Shown here piece by piece: positions 37,942 through 48,085 of a DNA stretch of 64,000 nt; the first letter of the stretch is position 1; each line of letters begins with the position of its first letter. The translations under genes and the position numbers were made by a program. Source of the stretch: Abditibacteriota bacterium (GTDB lineage: Bacteria > Armatimonadota > UBA5829); NCBI GenBank assembly GCA_017445025.1, contig JAFSVJ010000028.1, positions 30,707 to 94,706 of the forward strand. The letters are read 5' to 3'. Below the pieces are notes generated by a model. That model saw only the letters and a list, made by a program, of their open reading frames with translations. It was not told where the DNA came from and searched no databases.

Positions 37942-38295
37942 TTAATCGTGATAACCAATGTTTACATAAAAACAATGGTCAGGGACATCCATTCTTCCAA
38001 ACTGGCAAACAATAGGCACATCACTTATTACTTTTACAGAATAATGAGTGTCATTGGGAATAGAAAAGCCAAAGAGATCTTCCTTGTGATCCATACGCAA
38101 GGCCTTCATTTTCTCTGCGGGCACCACATACTTCAAACCTTTCACCGGTTCTCTGTCTTCAAAATGAAGACTAACCTCAACATGAGCTTCCTCACCATTA
38201 GGGTTGAAGAATAAGAGAGACTCATGTGCATCAACTTTCTCTGTTTTACAAGGCAAGTATCCATCAGGATAACACCAAACTTTACTACCTATCAT
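37942..38295 (-). CDS. ASRT-family protein (sensory rhodopsin transducer-like, PF07100-like)
   Basis: W..DGYLP...HE..L..N..EAHV...HF.DR.PVKG...VPA..M.ALR.DH....IP......V.SD.PIV.Q..R.D pattern, matching the Anabaena ASRT / Thermotoga TM1070 family. 117 aa. Confidence 0.65.
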   Translation of the reverse strand: MIGSKVWCYPDGYLPCKTEKVDAHESLLFFNPNGEEAHVEVSLHFEDREPVKGLKYVVPAEKMKALRMDHKEDLFGFSIPNDTHYSVKVISDVPIVCQFGRMDVPDHCFYVNIGYHD

Positions 38296-38379
38296 AGTTA
38301 ACTCCTTAATTTTATTATATAATTTATAATTTTATATCTATTTAAAAAAATTCCCAAATCCATACGGGATTTATATTTC

Positions 38380-38660
38380 TTTTATCTTGAGTATAAAAAT
38401 TCCAAATTCCACAAAAATCTCTAATTTTTTATTACGAAAATCTCTTCGCTCCTTAACCTACGATTTTTTTATAGACGCATAAAACCCTAAGCCCAAATCC
38501 CAAAAAGTTTTGCAAGCTCAACTTTTCGGGAACCCTTGGGCAGCACCCAATTTCTTCATAAATACACTACGGTGAAATTTTACTTCGTAAAATTCCATTT
38601 ATTTTGAAATTGTGGCTTATGGACGGCTAAAGCCTTTTTATTTGCTTAATAAAAAAATCT
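38380..38660. repeat. interspersed repeat copy (modules ttccaaattccacaaaaatctctaatttttt and aaaagttttgcaagctcaacttttcgggaacccttg)
   Basis: Related to 43720..43790, 44060..44130, 48040..48090 (inverted), 48308..48345 (inverted) and 49296..49340 (inverted). Confidence 0.5.
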
Positions 38661-38730
38661 TGTTATAGTCGCTTGATATTTTCTATAAAAAATTGATCTT
38701 TTCAGTTCTTTGGGATTTTTATACTCGCTT

Positions 38731-39084
38731 TTATTCAAAATAAGGTGTATTTACATAATATGAGTAATCACCTACATCAAGTCTGCCAAATTGAGATACT
38801 ATTTTTATATCCGATTCAACTTTTATTGAATATTGAGTTAAGGGAGGTATCTCATAACCGGCTGTATCCTCTTTGTGGTCAAGTCTTAAAGTTTTAACTC
38901 TTTCCGCTCCCACAGTTACTTTAATACCCTTTACAGGGTCCCTGTCAGAAAAATAAATATCAATAGTCACATGAGCTTCCTTATTATTTAAATTTAAAAG
39001 CATTAAAGCTTCATGACAATCAATACCATTTGCCTTTTCCGGAAGATACCCGTCGGCAAATACCCAAATCTTCTTTCCTACCAT
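38731..39084 (-). CDS. ASRT-family protein (second copy)
   Basis: Paralog of 37942..38295 with the same conserved pattern. 117 aa. Confidence 0.65.
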   Translation of the reverse strand: MVGKKIWVFADGYLPEKANGIDCHEALMLLNLNNKEAHVTIDIYFSDRDPVKGIKVTVGAERVKTLRLDHKEDTAGYEIPPLTQYSIKVESDIKIVSQFGRLDVGDYSYYVNTPYFE

Positions 39085-39169
39085 TTTTATGCTCCTAAAC
39101 TTATAAATTATATATTTTTATTATTCATTTTATATAGATTTTTCTACGCAAAATCATTTTTCTGCTTAT

Positions 39170-39420
39170 AGTCGCAAAATCGCTGTTTTGCGAATTCCCC
39201 TTCCCCCACTCCGTTTTGACCGTTTGCTACGCAAACGCCAAAACGACACCCCCCGCCCCGTGGGTCGGGGGACCGACTTTGGGGCTACCCCCCTCCGGCT
39301 CCCCCCTATATTCAAACAAGCTTGAGGCTTGTCTACAGAGCTTTACCCCCATAGGGGGGGAGAGAGTGGTGCGTTTGCATTAGCGTTTCCCGTGGCTAAG
39401 GAGTCTATCTACTTAAGATA
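39170..39420. repeat. GC-rich intergenic block with multiple short CCCCC/GGGGG palindromes (repeat-family-like)
   Basis: ccccgccccgtgggtcggggg, cccccatagggggggagagag and similar. GC content is far above the flanking DNA. Confidence 0.4.
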
Positions 39421-39502
39421 ACTAATAATCTAAGAGACCGCCAACATAAATAGTTCGGAACAATACAACTGTTCTGCTTTCTGATTTCATATTTGATATG
39501 AT

Positions 39503-41419
39503 TTATTGATAAATCATATCAAATATTACTATTCCTTTATTGGGGACTGTGATTTTAAATTGATTAAAGTCTTTCAATCTAACAACAGGGAAATCTGTTA
39601 TTATCTTTACATCTTTTGGCATCTTTTTAGGCGTAATAACAGCCTTAATATATTTATTAAGATCATTTCTAAGGACACATCTTAATGTTCTGTCATCAAT
39701 AAACTGATAATTTAAGACACCTATATCATTTTTATCATTCTCATAGTATTTATCAAAAAATATATCAAAATACTCATTTTTATTGATTTCTGACACTGCT
39801 GCATTAATAAAATCGTCACCGGGTCCCATTAATTTGAGTTCATCAACATACGTTAAGGGAACAGAGGAAGGTTTATTTTGTATTTTTACTTTCTCTCGAG
39901 CCTTAATAGCTTCGGCTACCTTTAACACAAAACTTCCATCCCTTTCATCAATACAAATAACCTTTCCGCCTTTATAATTATTTATTATTTCTTTCTCGTC
40001 AGCAGGAAATAAATCTCTAAACAGAACTAAAATATCACCCTTATAATTATCTAACTCTCTCACATCTATTCCACCTGTGGCAAAAGACCCTTTTTCACAC
40101 AAAAGAGAAAACAAATTATGAGGGTCAATTCGGAGAGAATTTTGTAATTTATAAGCACTCATTTTAAGATAATTATGAGATAAAACAACCACGGGGGCTT
40201 CAATCTTTTTCGGAAAAGATTTTTCTGCCATTTTCCAGTTTTTTCTGAGCCATTTCCATTCGTCTTTAAAAATACTGTCTCCCAAGCAGCAAACAAGACC
40301 ATCGGCACAAGGCTTTACTTTTCCATTACTTATATAATATTGATTAAAAAGAGAGTATATTTCTCTTTGCAACATATTGGGATTATGCCTTAGAACGTCC
40401 CACTGCTCCTCAATATCCTTTATACCATGCAAAAACAATATTTTAGCCTTTGGCATTATGGTTTTCATAAACATCATAGCGGAAGAGAAAGTAAAATGGC
40501 GACTTTTACCTCCATAAATCAAATCGCTTGCACTACCAACACATTCCACCACAAAACCCGTAATATCAACATCTAACAATTCTTTATAATCAAGACCGTA
40601 TCTGTAAAAAGCTTCTATGGGATCTCTGGTCCAAGCAGAATTTACATATATAAACTTACCTTTTAACAACTTAACGGCTTTTTTATGAAATTCACACCAA
40701 CGCCAAGAATAGAAGTCTGCCCACTCTTTTTTATAATTTTCCCATATATAATCGGCTCTTTCTCTAACAATCTTAGGTTTATTATTGTTTTCCAATAATT
40801 TTTTCGGCATAAAAACTGATGAATGAGAGACAAATTGATCTATCATATCAAAAGAAAAATCAGCAAAATAAATAGGTATTCTGGCAGGTCCCCAACCGTC
40901 ACAGGCATGCCAACCGTCAAAATCAAGGTCTTTTAAAAACTGTGATAACTTTTCAAAGAAAAAATCTTCATAATATGAGCCGTCTTTAAATCTTTTTAAA
41001 GGGTTATTAACGGGAACCACCTCTCCGTCTCTCACTATTTCAAAAAGTTCTTCATGTTCTCTTATCCATTCTTTTCTGTAAAAACTCTCATTTCCATAGC
41101 TATATGAAAAAGTAAAGAAAGCAGGCATAACCTTAATATTATGCTTATGAAGTTCTTTCACAAGACCAAAAAGGTCCCCATATGTCCAATCTTGCCTGTC
41201 TCTCTCAACGCTTCTCTCTCTTCCGTTATATGAAGCACATTCCCTTGGAATTGATTGTTCGGGAACATAACCCTCATAAAAATGCAAAATATCTAAACTT
41301 GTTAAGAGTAAACTGACAATATTTGGCACAAATCCGCAGTTATTTATATAAGCTTTAACACCATAATCTCTTTTATTCTTATCAAAGCCTATTAATTCTA
41401 TCCAAATATTTTTTTTCAT
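39503..41419 (-). CDS. hypothetical protein, putative glycoside hydrolase (638 aa); paralog of 35807..37831
   Basis: Paralogy with the 674-aa gene over the N-terminal and central regions. Confidence 0.45.
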   Translation of the reverse strand: MKKNIWIELIGFDKNKRDYGVKAYINNCGFVPNIVSLLLTSLDILHFYEGYVPEQSIPRECASYNGRERSVERDRQDWTYGDLFGLVKELHKHNIKVMPAFFTFSYSYGNESFYRKEWIREHEELFEIVRDGEVVPVNNPLKRFKDGSYYEDFFFEKLSQFLKDLDFDGWHACDGWGPARIPIYFADFSFDMIDQFVSHSSVFMPKKLLENNNKPKIVRERADYIWENYKKEWADFYSWRWCEFHKKAVKLLKGKFIYVNSAWTRDPIEAFYRYGLDYKELLDVDITGFVVECVGSASDLIYGGKSRHFTFSSAMMFMKTIMPKAKILFLHGIKDIEEQWDVLRHNPNMLQREIYSLFNQYYISNGKVKPCADGLVCCLGDSIFKDEWKWLRKNWKMAEKSFPKKIEAPVVVLSHNYLKMSAYKLQNSLRIDPHNLFSLLCEKGSFATGGIDVRELDNYKGDILVLFRDLFPADEKEIINNYKGGKVICIDERDGSFVLKVAEAIKAREKVKIQNKPSSVPLTYVDELKLMGPGDDFINAAVSEINKNEYFDIFFDKYYENDKNDIGVLNYQFIDDRTLRCVLRNDLNKYIKAVITPKKMPKDVKIITDFPVVRLKDFNQFKITVPNKGIVIFDMIYQ

Positions 41420-41427
41420 TTAAAAAC

Positions 41428-42597
41428 CTAAAATTCTGAAAGCATCTTTCTGATTAAAGGAGTTAAACTTTCCACACCCTTATCTGTAATAAGTAAACTT
41501 TCCTCCACTCTGTTACCGTATATTTCAGGGATACCAAAGAGAGAAATATCTGTATTCACTGTCATATTATTTTCAAATAACCTTGAAGAATTCTCATCGG
41601 GATATGGATCTTCAGCTTCAGCCAAACCTATACCGTGCATGGGAGGATAAATATCATATTTGTCAAGTCCTTTCTTTCTAAAGAAATTACGAACGGCTTT
41701 CACCATTTCTGCCATAGGCTCCCCTACAATCATCTTACTCATAGCAATATTTGAGCCTTCCACCAAGGTCTTTATAAAATCTCTTTGTTTATCACTCATT
41801 TTACCCACAACAAAAGGCATCTCGGCAGTAGAAACATAACCTTCATACTGAACAGCTATAGCTGCCATTACCATGTCCCCATCTTCTAAAACCTTATCCG
41901 TATCTCGACCTATAACCGTATTAATTCTTTCACCGGAACCTACAACCGAAAAAGTTATGTTTTCCGCTCCTGCCATTCTTGCTGCTCCTTCACAAGCACC
42001 GGTCATATATCTTTCTGTCTTTCCCGGTATAGCATTAGCGAGAAGAGCTTCATAACCCACACAAGCAAGTCGTCCGGCTTCCCGAAGACATGCTATTTCA
42101 TTAGGTGTTTTTACAAGTCTCATTTTATTGATAATATCACTTACATCCACAATTTCAATACCATCTATGGCTGTAGCAATTCTATTATAAATAATGCCGG
42201 GCATATCATTAATTCCCACAACACCTAATTTCTTTCCTCCTGCCAAAACATCTCCTATAAGCTCCTTAAAATCACTTATAACCGCAAGAGGATAATCTAT
42301 ATCATCCACAACCGTGACACAAAGAAATTCCTTAAGATTTACAACTTTATAAGGACACATTTCCTTTGCATAAGGTTCTCCCTCCGGAGCACCTGCATAA
42401 ATAGGCTCTCCTTCCTTTGGAATAAACAAGGCTCCTCTTTCAAATATAGGCCAGAAATTAGATACATAACGAAGATTTTCTTTTCTGTACTCATCTCCGT
42501 AAACCATAATGGCATCAATGCCACACTTTACCATCTCTGTTTTAATTTTACAAATTCTTTCCTTAAATTCTTCAAACGGAATACAAATTTTAGACAT
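41428..42597 (-). CDS. M24-family metallopeptidase (Xaa-Pro aminopeptidase / creatinase-fold)
   Basis: Creatinase/prolidase-like N-terminal domain and a C-terminal HGIGL...E metal-binding region. Confidence 0.6.
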   Translation of the reverse strand: MSKICIPFEEFKERICKIKTEMVKCGIDAIMVYGDEYRKENLRYVSNFWPIFERGALFIPKEGEPIYAGAPEGEPYAKEMCPYKVVNLKEFLCVTVVDDIDYPLAVISDFKELIGDVLAGGKKLGVVGINDMPGIIYNRIATAIDGIEIVDVSDIINKMRLVKTPNEIACLREAGRLACVGYEALLANAIPGKTERYMTGACEGAARMAGAENITFSVVGSGERINTVIGRDTDKVLEDGDMVMAAIAVQYEGYVSTAEMPFVVGKMSDKQRDFIKTLVEGSNIAMSKMIVGEPMAEMVKAVRNFFRKKGLDKYDIYPPMHGIGLAEAEDPYPDENSSRLFENNMTVNTDISLFGIPEIYGNRVEESLLITDKGVESLTPLIRKMLSEF

Positions 42598-42671
42598 TTT
42601 TATCTCCTTTAATTATATTCATGAACTCTGTCCACCTCGTAAATAATGCAGAATGCAAAATGCATTTTTCA

Positions 42672-43682
42672 TTATTTACAAGAGCCTCTCACAACCAATT
42701 TAGGCTCCATTATTATCTTTTTTAAAGGATAATCTTTATCTCGTAAAGATTTTATAAGCAAATCAGCTGCCATTTCCCCTATATGCATATAGTTCTTACC
42801 ATAGGTGGTCACTATTGTAGTTAAATTGATTCTTCGCAGTTTTGCCATTTCACTGTCGTCTATGCCTAAAACACTGACTTTTTCCGGGATAGATATTCCT
42901 TTTTCGTCCAGCGCTTCCATTACTCCCACTGCCACGTTATCACTTATACAAAAAACTGCGGAAAAATCAAGATTTTGCCATAAAGCTTGTTGGATAGCAT
43001 TGTATCCATCCTTTATATAAATACCGCCATTAATAAAATATTTCTTTCCAAGCTCAATACCCTTAGTTTTCAAATATTCTTTTGAAGTATCATTAAACAA
43101 CTTAAAAGATTTAAAATGTTCTTCCTTCTTACTGCCATTTATAAACAATATTTTTTCATGACCTAAGGACAGAAGATAATCAAGCCCTGTCTTCACTATA
43201 CCTGTCATATCCTCTATAATATAATGGCTGTTAACATTAGGGGGTTCAGAGTCCACACATACAGTCGGAAGAGATTTTGATATTCTGCTGAGTAAATCAT
43301 TTTCTCGTTCACAAGCACAAACTATAAGTCCGCAAGCCTGAAATTCAATAAGTTGTGTCAAAGCTTCCTTTTCTTTTTCCAAATCTCTGTAGGTAGAAAA
43401 AATCATTACCTTATAACCCACATCGGATAAATACCTTTCCGCGTTGGTCACTATTTCTTGCATGAAAGGAGTATCAAACTCTGATACGACTATTCCTACC
43501 AAGTTACTGCTTCCCTTTTTTAATATCTGGGCGATTTTATTGGGAAAATAACCATGCTTTGAAGCTATTTCCAAAACTTTCTTTCTTGTATTTTCGGATA
43601 TACGAGATTTTTCTTTAAAACACAAACTTACGGTTGTTGCCGAAACACCGGCCAATTTCGCTATTTCATTTACAGTAATCAT
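42672..43682 (-). CDS. LacI-family transcriptional regulator
   Basis: N-terminal HTH MITVNEIAKLAGVSATTVSLCF plus a periplasmic-binding-protein-like sugar-binding domain. Confidence 0.85.
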   Translation of the reverse strand: MITVNEIAKLAGVSATTVSLCFKEKSRISENTRKKVLEIASKHGYFPNKIAQILKKGSSNLVGIVVSEFDTPFMQEIVTNAERYLSDVGYKVMIFSTYRDLEKEKEALTQLIEFQACGLIVCACERENDLLSRISKSLPTVCVDSEPPNVNSHYIIEDMTGIVKTGLDYLLSLGHEKILFINGSKKEEHFKSFKLFNDTSKEYLKTKGIELGKKYFINGGIYIKDGYNAIQQALWQNLDFSAVFCISDNVAVGVMEALDEKGISIPEKVSVLGIDDSEMAKLRRINLTTIVTTYGKNYMHIGEMAADLLIKSLRDKDYPLKKIIMEPKLVVRGSCK

Positions 43683-43923
43683 AAAATTTATTTTTTGTCT
43701 CTAAAAAATGTATTTATTATTAAATTATAAAATTCTAAATTCCCTAAAAATCTCTAATTTTTTGCTTAACGAAATATCTCTTGTCTTACCAACCCTGACG
43801 CTCATTCGTCTTGAAACAAAATAGCTTCGGATTGCGTCCTTGCTCTTTTGCTCCAATACTCATTCGCTACGGGCGGTGACGACAATTCGCTATTTCTTGC
43901 AAAAAATTAATCTTTTTGGTAAT

Positions 43924-44019
43924 TTATAACTTTATAATACGAGATTTTTCTTTAAAACACAAACTTACGGTTGTTGCCGAAACACCTGCCAATTTCGCTA
44001 TTTCATTTACAGTAATCAT
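43924..44019 (-). pseudogene. 31-aa HTH-only fragment copy of the LacI-family regulator N-terminus
   Basis: Manual translation gives MITVNEIAKLAGVSATTVSLCFKEKSRIIKL then a stop. It is identical to the regulator N-terminus up to residue 27, with one synonymous change. Confidence 0.55.
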
Positions 44020-44257
44020 AAAATTTATTTTTTGTCTCTAAAAAATGTATTTATTATTAAATTATAAAATTCTAAATTCCCTAAAAATCTCTAATTTTTT
44101 GCTTTACGAAATAACTCTTGTCTTATCTCCTTGACATTCGCTCGTATAAGAACAAATCTCTTTCGGCTACGCCTCACATCTTTGCCCTTCTACTCACTCA
44201 TTACAGTCGAAGACGACAATTCGCTATTTCTTGCAAAAAATTGATCTTTTTGGTAAT

Positions 44258-44353
44258 TTATAACTTTATAATACGAGATATTTCTTTAAAACACAAACTT
44301 ACGGTTGTTGCCGAAACACCTGCCAATTTCGCTATTTCATTTACGGTTATCAT
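44258..44353 (-). pseudogene. second 31-aa HTH-only fragment copy of the LacI-family regulator N-terminus
   Basis: Manual translation gives MITVNEIAKLAGVSATTVSLCFKEISRIIKL then a stop. Confidence 0.55.
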
Positions 44354-44380
44354 AGTTTTTACTCTTTTAAAAGTTTTTTA

Positions 44381-45847
44381 TTATATTTCTGTCACTTTTA
44401 TATTCATAATTTCTGCCAATTTGATCAGTTGACTCTTGCAATCACCATGACAAACTATTACATGGTGGGTGACTCCCACCTTATGAAGTTTTGCCACAAA
44501 TTCTTTAACAGGTCTCTTAACTTCTACAAGAGCATGGATTTCATTACAAGGCAAAGTGGGATAATCTAAGGATTTACCACTGCTTACAAGCATTTGCCAA
44601 CCTTCACTTGTATTCAGCAAATGTCCCATGGTCACCGGTCCCGGTTTAAATATAAACTCCATATTACAACCGGTTCCCTCAAAACCCCACTCTTCCGGAG
44701 CTGTGGTAAGAGATATATCTTTCTCACTCTTAGCGTTCTTTGTGCCGGCTACCCCGTGACCTACCAAAAATATGGCATTATGAGATAAGTCATATTGCCC
44801 CCACTCGGCTTGAAGAGGCACATTTCCGGTTAATTTATACATCATCTGCATCATACAAAGACCTGCAAGGTCACCTTCACTTGCCACAATATTATCCGGC
44901 TTATCCATAATCATGGAAGCACCGATTCTTGCGGGAGCACCTGTTTCTTTTTCAATAAAATGTTGACCTAAAAAACAAAGACTGTCAAGCCTATACTTAT
45001 CAATAAGATCTTTCATAGCCAAGCCAAGCTTAACACTTTTTACAATATCATCCGATTTAACACCGCGGACATTAAAACGAGCTGCAAATTTTCTTGCTTC
45101 TTCTTCCGCATCACTATCCTTAACCTCTTTCCATAATCTCAAAAGATGTGATAATTCAACATAGATAATGTTAGGACCCAATGTGCCCTTGATTTTGGTT
45201 TTGTCATTTTCAAGGTCATACATTCCTCTAAATACGTGACCCACAACACCTACATTTAAATTTCTCAAATCCTTGACAATTTTAAGAAGTGTCACATATT
45301 CATCTATTTCTTCAAAACATACACCTTCTTCAAGAGAACCCACAATTACATCATAATTCTCTTTCCCCATCTTTTTAAAAGAGCCGGAAAGCTGTGTGGT
45401 TCCTATAAGTGATGAGTTTTCCATCATAACTTCATAGTCGTCTTGCGGGGTAATATCGTTATATGCTTGAACGTCAAACAATAATATGGGAACATCTCTG
45501 TTATAATCTATAGCTTGCATAGAAATATAATCAGGCACATAAGTTCCTTCACATACTATTATAAGGTCTACCTTTTCATCTCTGAAAATTCTTCCCACTT
45601 CATCAGCTTTATCAAGAGTATCTACTATTTTAGGAAATATTACCGTATTATTCTCTTTAAGTTTTAAGGCTATTTTGTTTAAAAGATTTTCCACATTTTC
45701 TTTAAACCGGGGAGAGAACATTCTCCAATATTCAAAATATCCGCATGCCAAAAATCCTATTTTAAATTCACAAGGTTTTGTTTTTTCAGACAATAAATCG
45801 CCAAACACATTACCTATTCCACTTTCAAAAGATAAAATTTCGTCCAT
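44381..45847 (-). CDS. sugar isomerase of the L-arabinose/L-fucose isomerase superfamily (putative)
   Basis: About 490 aa. The N-terminal KIGFLACGYFEYW...VDLIIVCEGTYVPD region resembles AraA/FucI-like isomerases. The family assignment is tentative. Confidence 0.45.
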   Translation of the reverse strand: MDEILSFESGIGNVFGDLLSEKTKPCEFKIGFLACGYFEYWRMFSPRFKENVENLLNKIALKLKENNTVIFPKIVDTLDKADEVGRIFRDEKVDLIIVCEGTYVPDYISMQAIDYNRDVPILLFDVQAYNDITPQDDYEVMMENSSLIGTTQLSGSFKKMGKENYDVIVGSLEEGVCFEEIDEYVTLLKIVKDLRNLNVGVVGHVFRGMYDLENDKTKIKGTLGPNIIYVELSHLLRLWKEVKDSDAEEEARKFAARFNVRGVKSDDIVKSVKLGLAMKDLIDKYRLDSLCFLGQHFIEKETGAPARIGASMIMDKPDNIVASEGDLAGLCMMQMMYKLTGNVPLQAEWGQYDLSHNAIFLVGHGVAGTKNAKSEKDISLTTAPEEWGFEGTGCNMEFIFKPGPVTMGHLLNTSEGWQMLVSSGKSLDYPTLPCNEIHALVEVKRPVKEFVAKLHKVGVTHHVIVCHGDCKSQLIKLAEIMNIKVTEI

Positions 45848-45848
45848 A

Positions 45849-46697
45849 TTATAAAGTTCCTATATTGTTTACTTCTATTTCATAATTATCTTTCATGTAA
45901 TCTATCATTAAATCATACATTTTATAACCGTTACCGTGAGGACAAAGATTAATGGGAGATACATGACAAACAGGTATAAAGGGTAAATCTAACTCGGCAC
46001 AACGATCTATATCATGCTTTGCAAGAGAGAAAGTTAAATTAAAATCTTCATCCGGCAAGAACCAAGAATAATCCGTGGTTAAAGGATAAGTTTTATAGTT
46101 TTGGTGACTTGTCCATATAGGGTCGATTTTAAAGTCCACAGGTGGGGTGTTTTTCTTTCCGTTTAAAATATCCCAACCTGTAGGTTGCAATGCACAGCTG
46201 GAATCCCATTTATATCCGACTATATCAAAAGCCTTCCACATATTATCACTTGTTTGAAGACTTGGGGCTCTAAAACCCAAAACCTCAAATTCAAAAGCGT
46301 CTTCAAGTATTTTCTTACCCATTTCAAGCTTTTTTATAATCTTTTCCAAAGTATGTTCAGCTACAAGAGATGAATATTCTTCCAAAACCTTTCTCTTTGA
46401 CTCGGTCTCATTAGGAAGATCTAAAATCATCTGCGGAGGAACACCTATTTCAAAACGATCGTGACTTATACCATGTTGACCTATGGTATGTCCTGCCATA
46501 ACAGCATCTTTTAATATGGCAATATATTCCTTTTGTTTTGTAAAATAGGTTCCGTCTTCATACACAGGAACAACCATAAAAGTTCCCTTAAAACCTTTCT
46601 TATTATAATAGTTAATAAGAGTTTCAAGGTCCTTAGGTGTAGACCAACCATCCAGAGCTACATCATCACAGCTCATTGCTACTTTTAATTTCTTCAT
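45849..46697 (-). CDS. polysaccharide deacetylase-like (NodB/DUF2334-type) protein
   Basis: MSCDDV and GHTIGQHGISHD motifs. The start is 2 nt from the isomerase stop. Confidence 0.5.
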   Translation of the reverse strand: MKKLKVAMSCDDVALDGWSTPKDLETLINYYNKKGFKGTFMVVPVYEDGTYFTKQKEYIAILKDAVMAGHTIGQHGISHDRFEIGVPPQMILDLPNETESKRKVLEEYSSLVAEHTLEKIIKKLEMGKKILEDAFEFEVLGFRAPSLQTSDNMWKAFDIVGYKWDSSCALQPTGWDILNGKKNTPPVDFKIDPIWTSHQNYKTYPLTTDYSWFLPDEDFNLTFSLAKHDIDRCAELDLPFIPVCHVSPINLCPHGNGYKMYDLMIDYMKDNYEIEVNNIGTL

Positions 46698-46705
46698 AAT
46701 TTCCC

Positions 46706-47827
46706 TTATTTTAAATTATCAAAATATTCTTTTACTTGTTTTAACTGTTTTGGTATATCTAATTTTTGTGGGCATTTTTTCATACAAGCCCCACAGCCCA
46801 CACAGTTTTCCGGGCCTTTGGTTTTTCCCTTATCATCTTTTTGCATAATAAAATTGAAATAATGGTTTTTTGCCACATCATCGGCACCATATACATTAGA
46901 AACATTATAAACCCAAAAGTTTCCCGGTATATCAATACCTTTAGGACATGGCATACAATATCTGCAACCGGTGCAATATAAATCAGATAAGGCCTTTAAC
47001 TCTTTTGCGGCAGATAAAACATTATCCATCTCTTCTTGAGATAATCTCGGTTCTTTTGAAGTGGTAGTAATATTTTCTTTTACCATTTCCATTGATCCCA
47101 TACCTGAAAGAGCAACCGTTACATTAGGATTGGAAAGGACAAATCTTATAGCCAATTCGGGAGTGGAATTTCCTTTAAATTTTCCCGCAAAACCCTTATT
47201 TCCGCTGACACCTAAAATACCGCCGGCAACAGGACCCATAATAATCACACCCAATCCCTTTTCATGGGCGTAAGCTATGGCATCTTCATAATCTCTGTTG
47301 GTGATATTATATTGCACAAGCATTCCTTCAAAAATACCTGTATCAATGATTTTTTTCACATTTTCAGGCTTATCATGAGAAGAAAATGCTATATGACGAA
47401 TAACACCTTGTTCCTTATATTTTAAAATCTCATTAAGATTATTGTCCTTTAATAAAAACTCATCATATTGTTTGAACTCCATAGAGTGAATTATATTATA
47501 AAAATCAATATGATCTGTTTGAAGTCTGGTAAGGGAAGTTTCAAGTCTCTTTTTCCAACCCTCAATTGTTGCGTCGTCCCATAAAGGGTTTTTGGTAGAT
47601 ATATAAACCTTATCTCTGTATCCGTCTTTTAAAGCTTCCCCTAATTTTTCTTCGCTTTTTGGGTAGCCATAAGCTGTATCAAAATAATTCACACCGTTAT
47701 CTATTGCATAACGAACAATTTCTTTTGTCTCATCAAAAGACTCGGGAAATCTCATACATCCAAACCCAAGGGATGATACTTTTATTCCCGAATTACCGTA
47801 TTCTCTATATAACATATTTATCTCCAA
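46706..47827 (-). CDS. aldo/keto reductase with C-terminal 4Fe-4S ferredoxin-type domain
   Basis: N-terminal AKR motifs (GFGCMRF, DTAYGY) and two CxxCxxCxxxCP clusters (CTGCRYCMPCP, CVGCGACMKKCP). Confidence 0.8.
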   Translation of the reverse strand: MEINMLYREYGNSGIKVSSLGFGCMRFPESFDETKEIVRYAIDNGVNYFDTAYGYPKSEEKLGEALKDGYRDKVYISTKNPLWDDATIEGWKKRLETSLTRLQTDHIDFYNIIHSMEFKQYDEFLLKDNNLNEILKYKEQGVIRHIAFSSHDKPENVKKIIDTGIFEGMLVQYNITNRDYEDAIAYAHEKGLGVIIMGPVAGGILGVSGNKGFAGKFKGNSTPELAIRFVLSNPNVTVALSGMGSMEMVKENITTTSKEPRLSQEEMDNVLSAAKELKALSDLYCTGCRYCMPCPKGIDIPGNFWVYNVSNVYGADDVAKNHYFNFIMQKDDKGKTKGPENCVGCGACMKKCPQKLDIPKQLKQVKEYFDNLK

Positions 47828-47855
47828 ATATTTTACACTTATATTTTAATTATTT

Positions 47856-47889
47856 ACTATACACTTATATTTTATCATATTTACAAATA
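47856..47889. repeat. 34-bp direct repeat ctatacacttatattttatcatatttacaaatat (second copy 48151..48184) bracketing a ~260-bp repeat-element insertion
   Basis: Two identical copies read directly from the sequence. Confidence 0.7.
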
Positions 47890-47894
47890 TAAAA

Positions 47895-48085
47895 TTACAA
47901 AGGACCGAAAAGATCATTTTTTTGCAAGAAATAACGCATTGACGTCTTCGACTGTAATGAGTGAGTATTGAAGCGATTTTTAAGGCACACGCCATTAAAA
48001 ATTGTTTCAAGACGAAGGAATGTCAAGGAGATAAGTCAAAAGTTATTTCGTTAAGCGAAAAAATAGAGATTTTCGAGGAATTTGG
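47895..48085. repeat. inverted copy of the ~190-bp element found at 43720..43915 and 44060..44255
   Basis: The reverse complement matches ttc(c)aaattcc..aaaaatctcta...cttatctccttgacattc...tactcactcattacagtcgaagacg...tatttcttgcaaaaaa.tgatctttt. The sequence is mosaic between the two direct copies. Confidence 0.7.

Larger units (their letters stand above)
43580..44353. repeat. tandem ~338-bp duplication (about 2.3 units) spanning the 5' end of the LacI gene plus upstream element
   Basis: atcataaaatttattttttgtctctaaaaaatg... recurs at 43679 and 44017. tacgagat(t/a)tttctttaaaacacaaacttacggttgttgccgaaacacc(g/t)gccaatttcgctatttcatttac occurs at 43591, 43933 and 44270. Confidence 0.8.

Noticed and set aside
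43580-44353. Possible CRISPR array (tandem repeats)
   Set aside because: The repeat unit is ~338 bp with coding content (regulator N-terminus). It is not a 25-40-bp repeat with unique spacers, and there are no cas genes.
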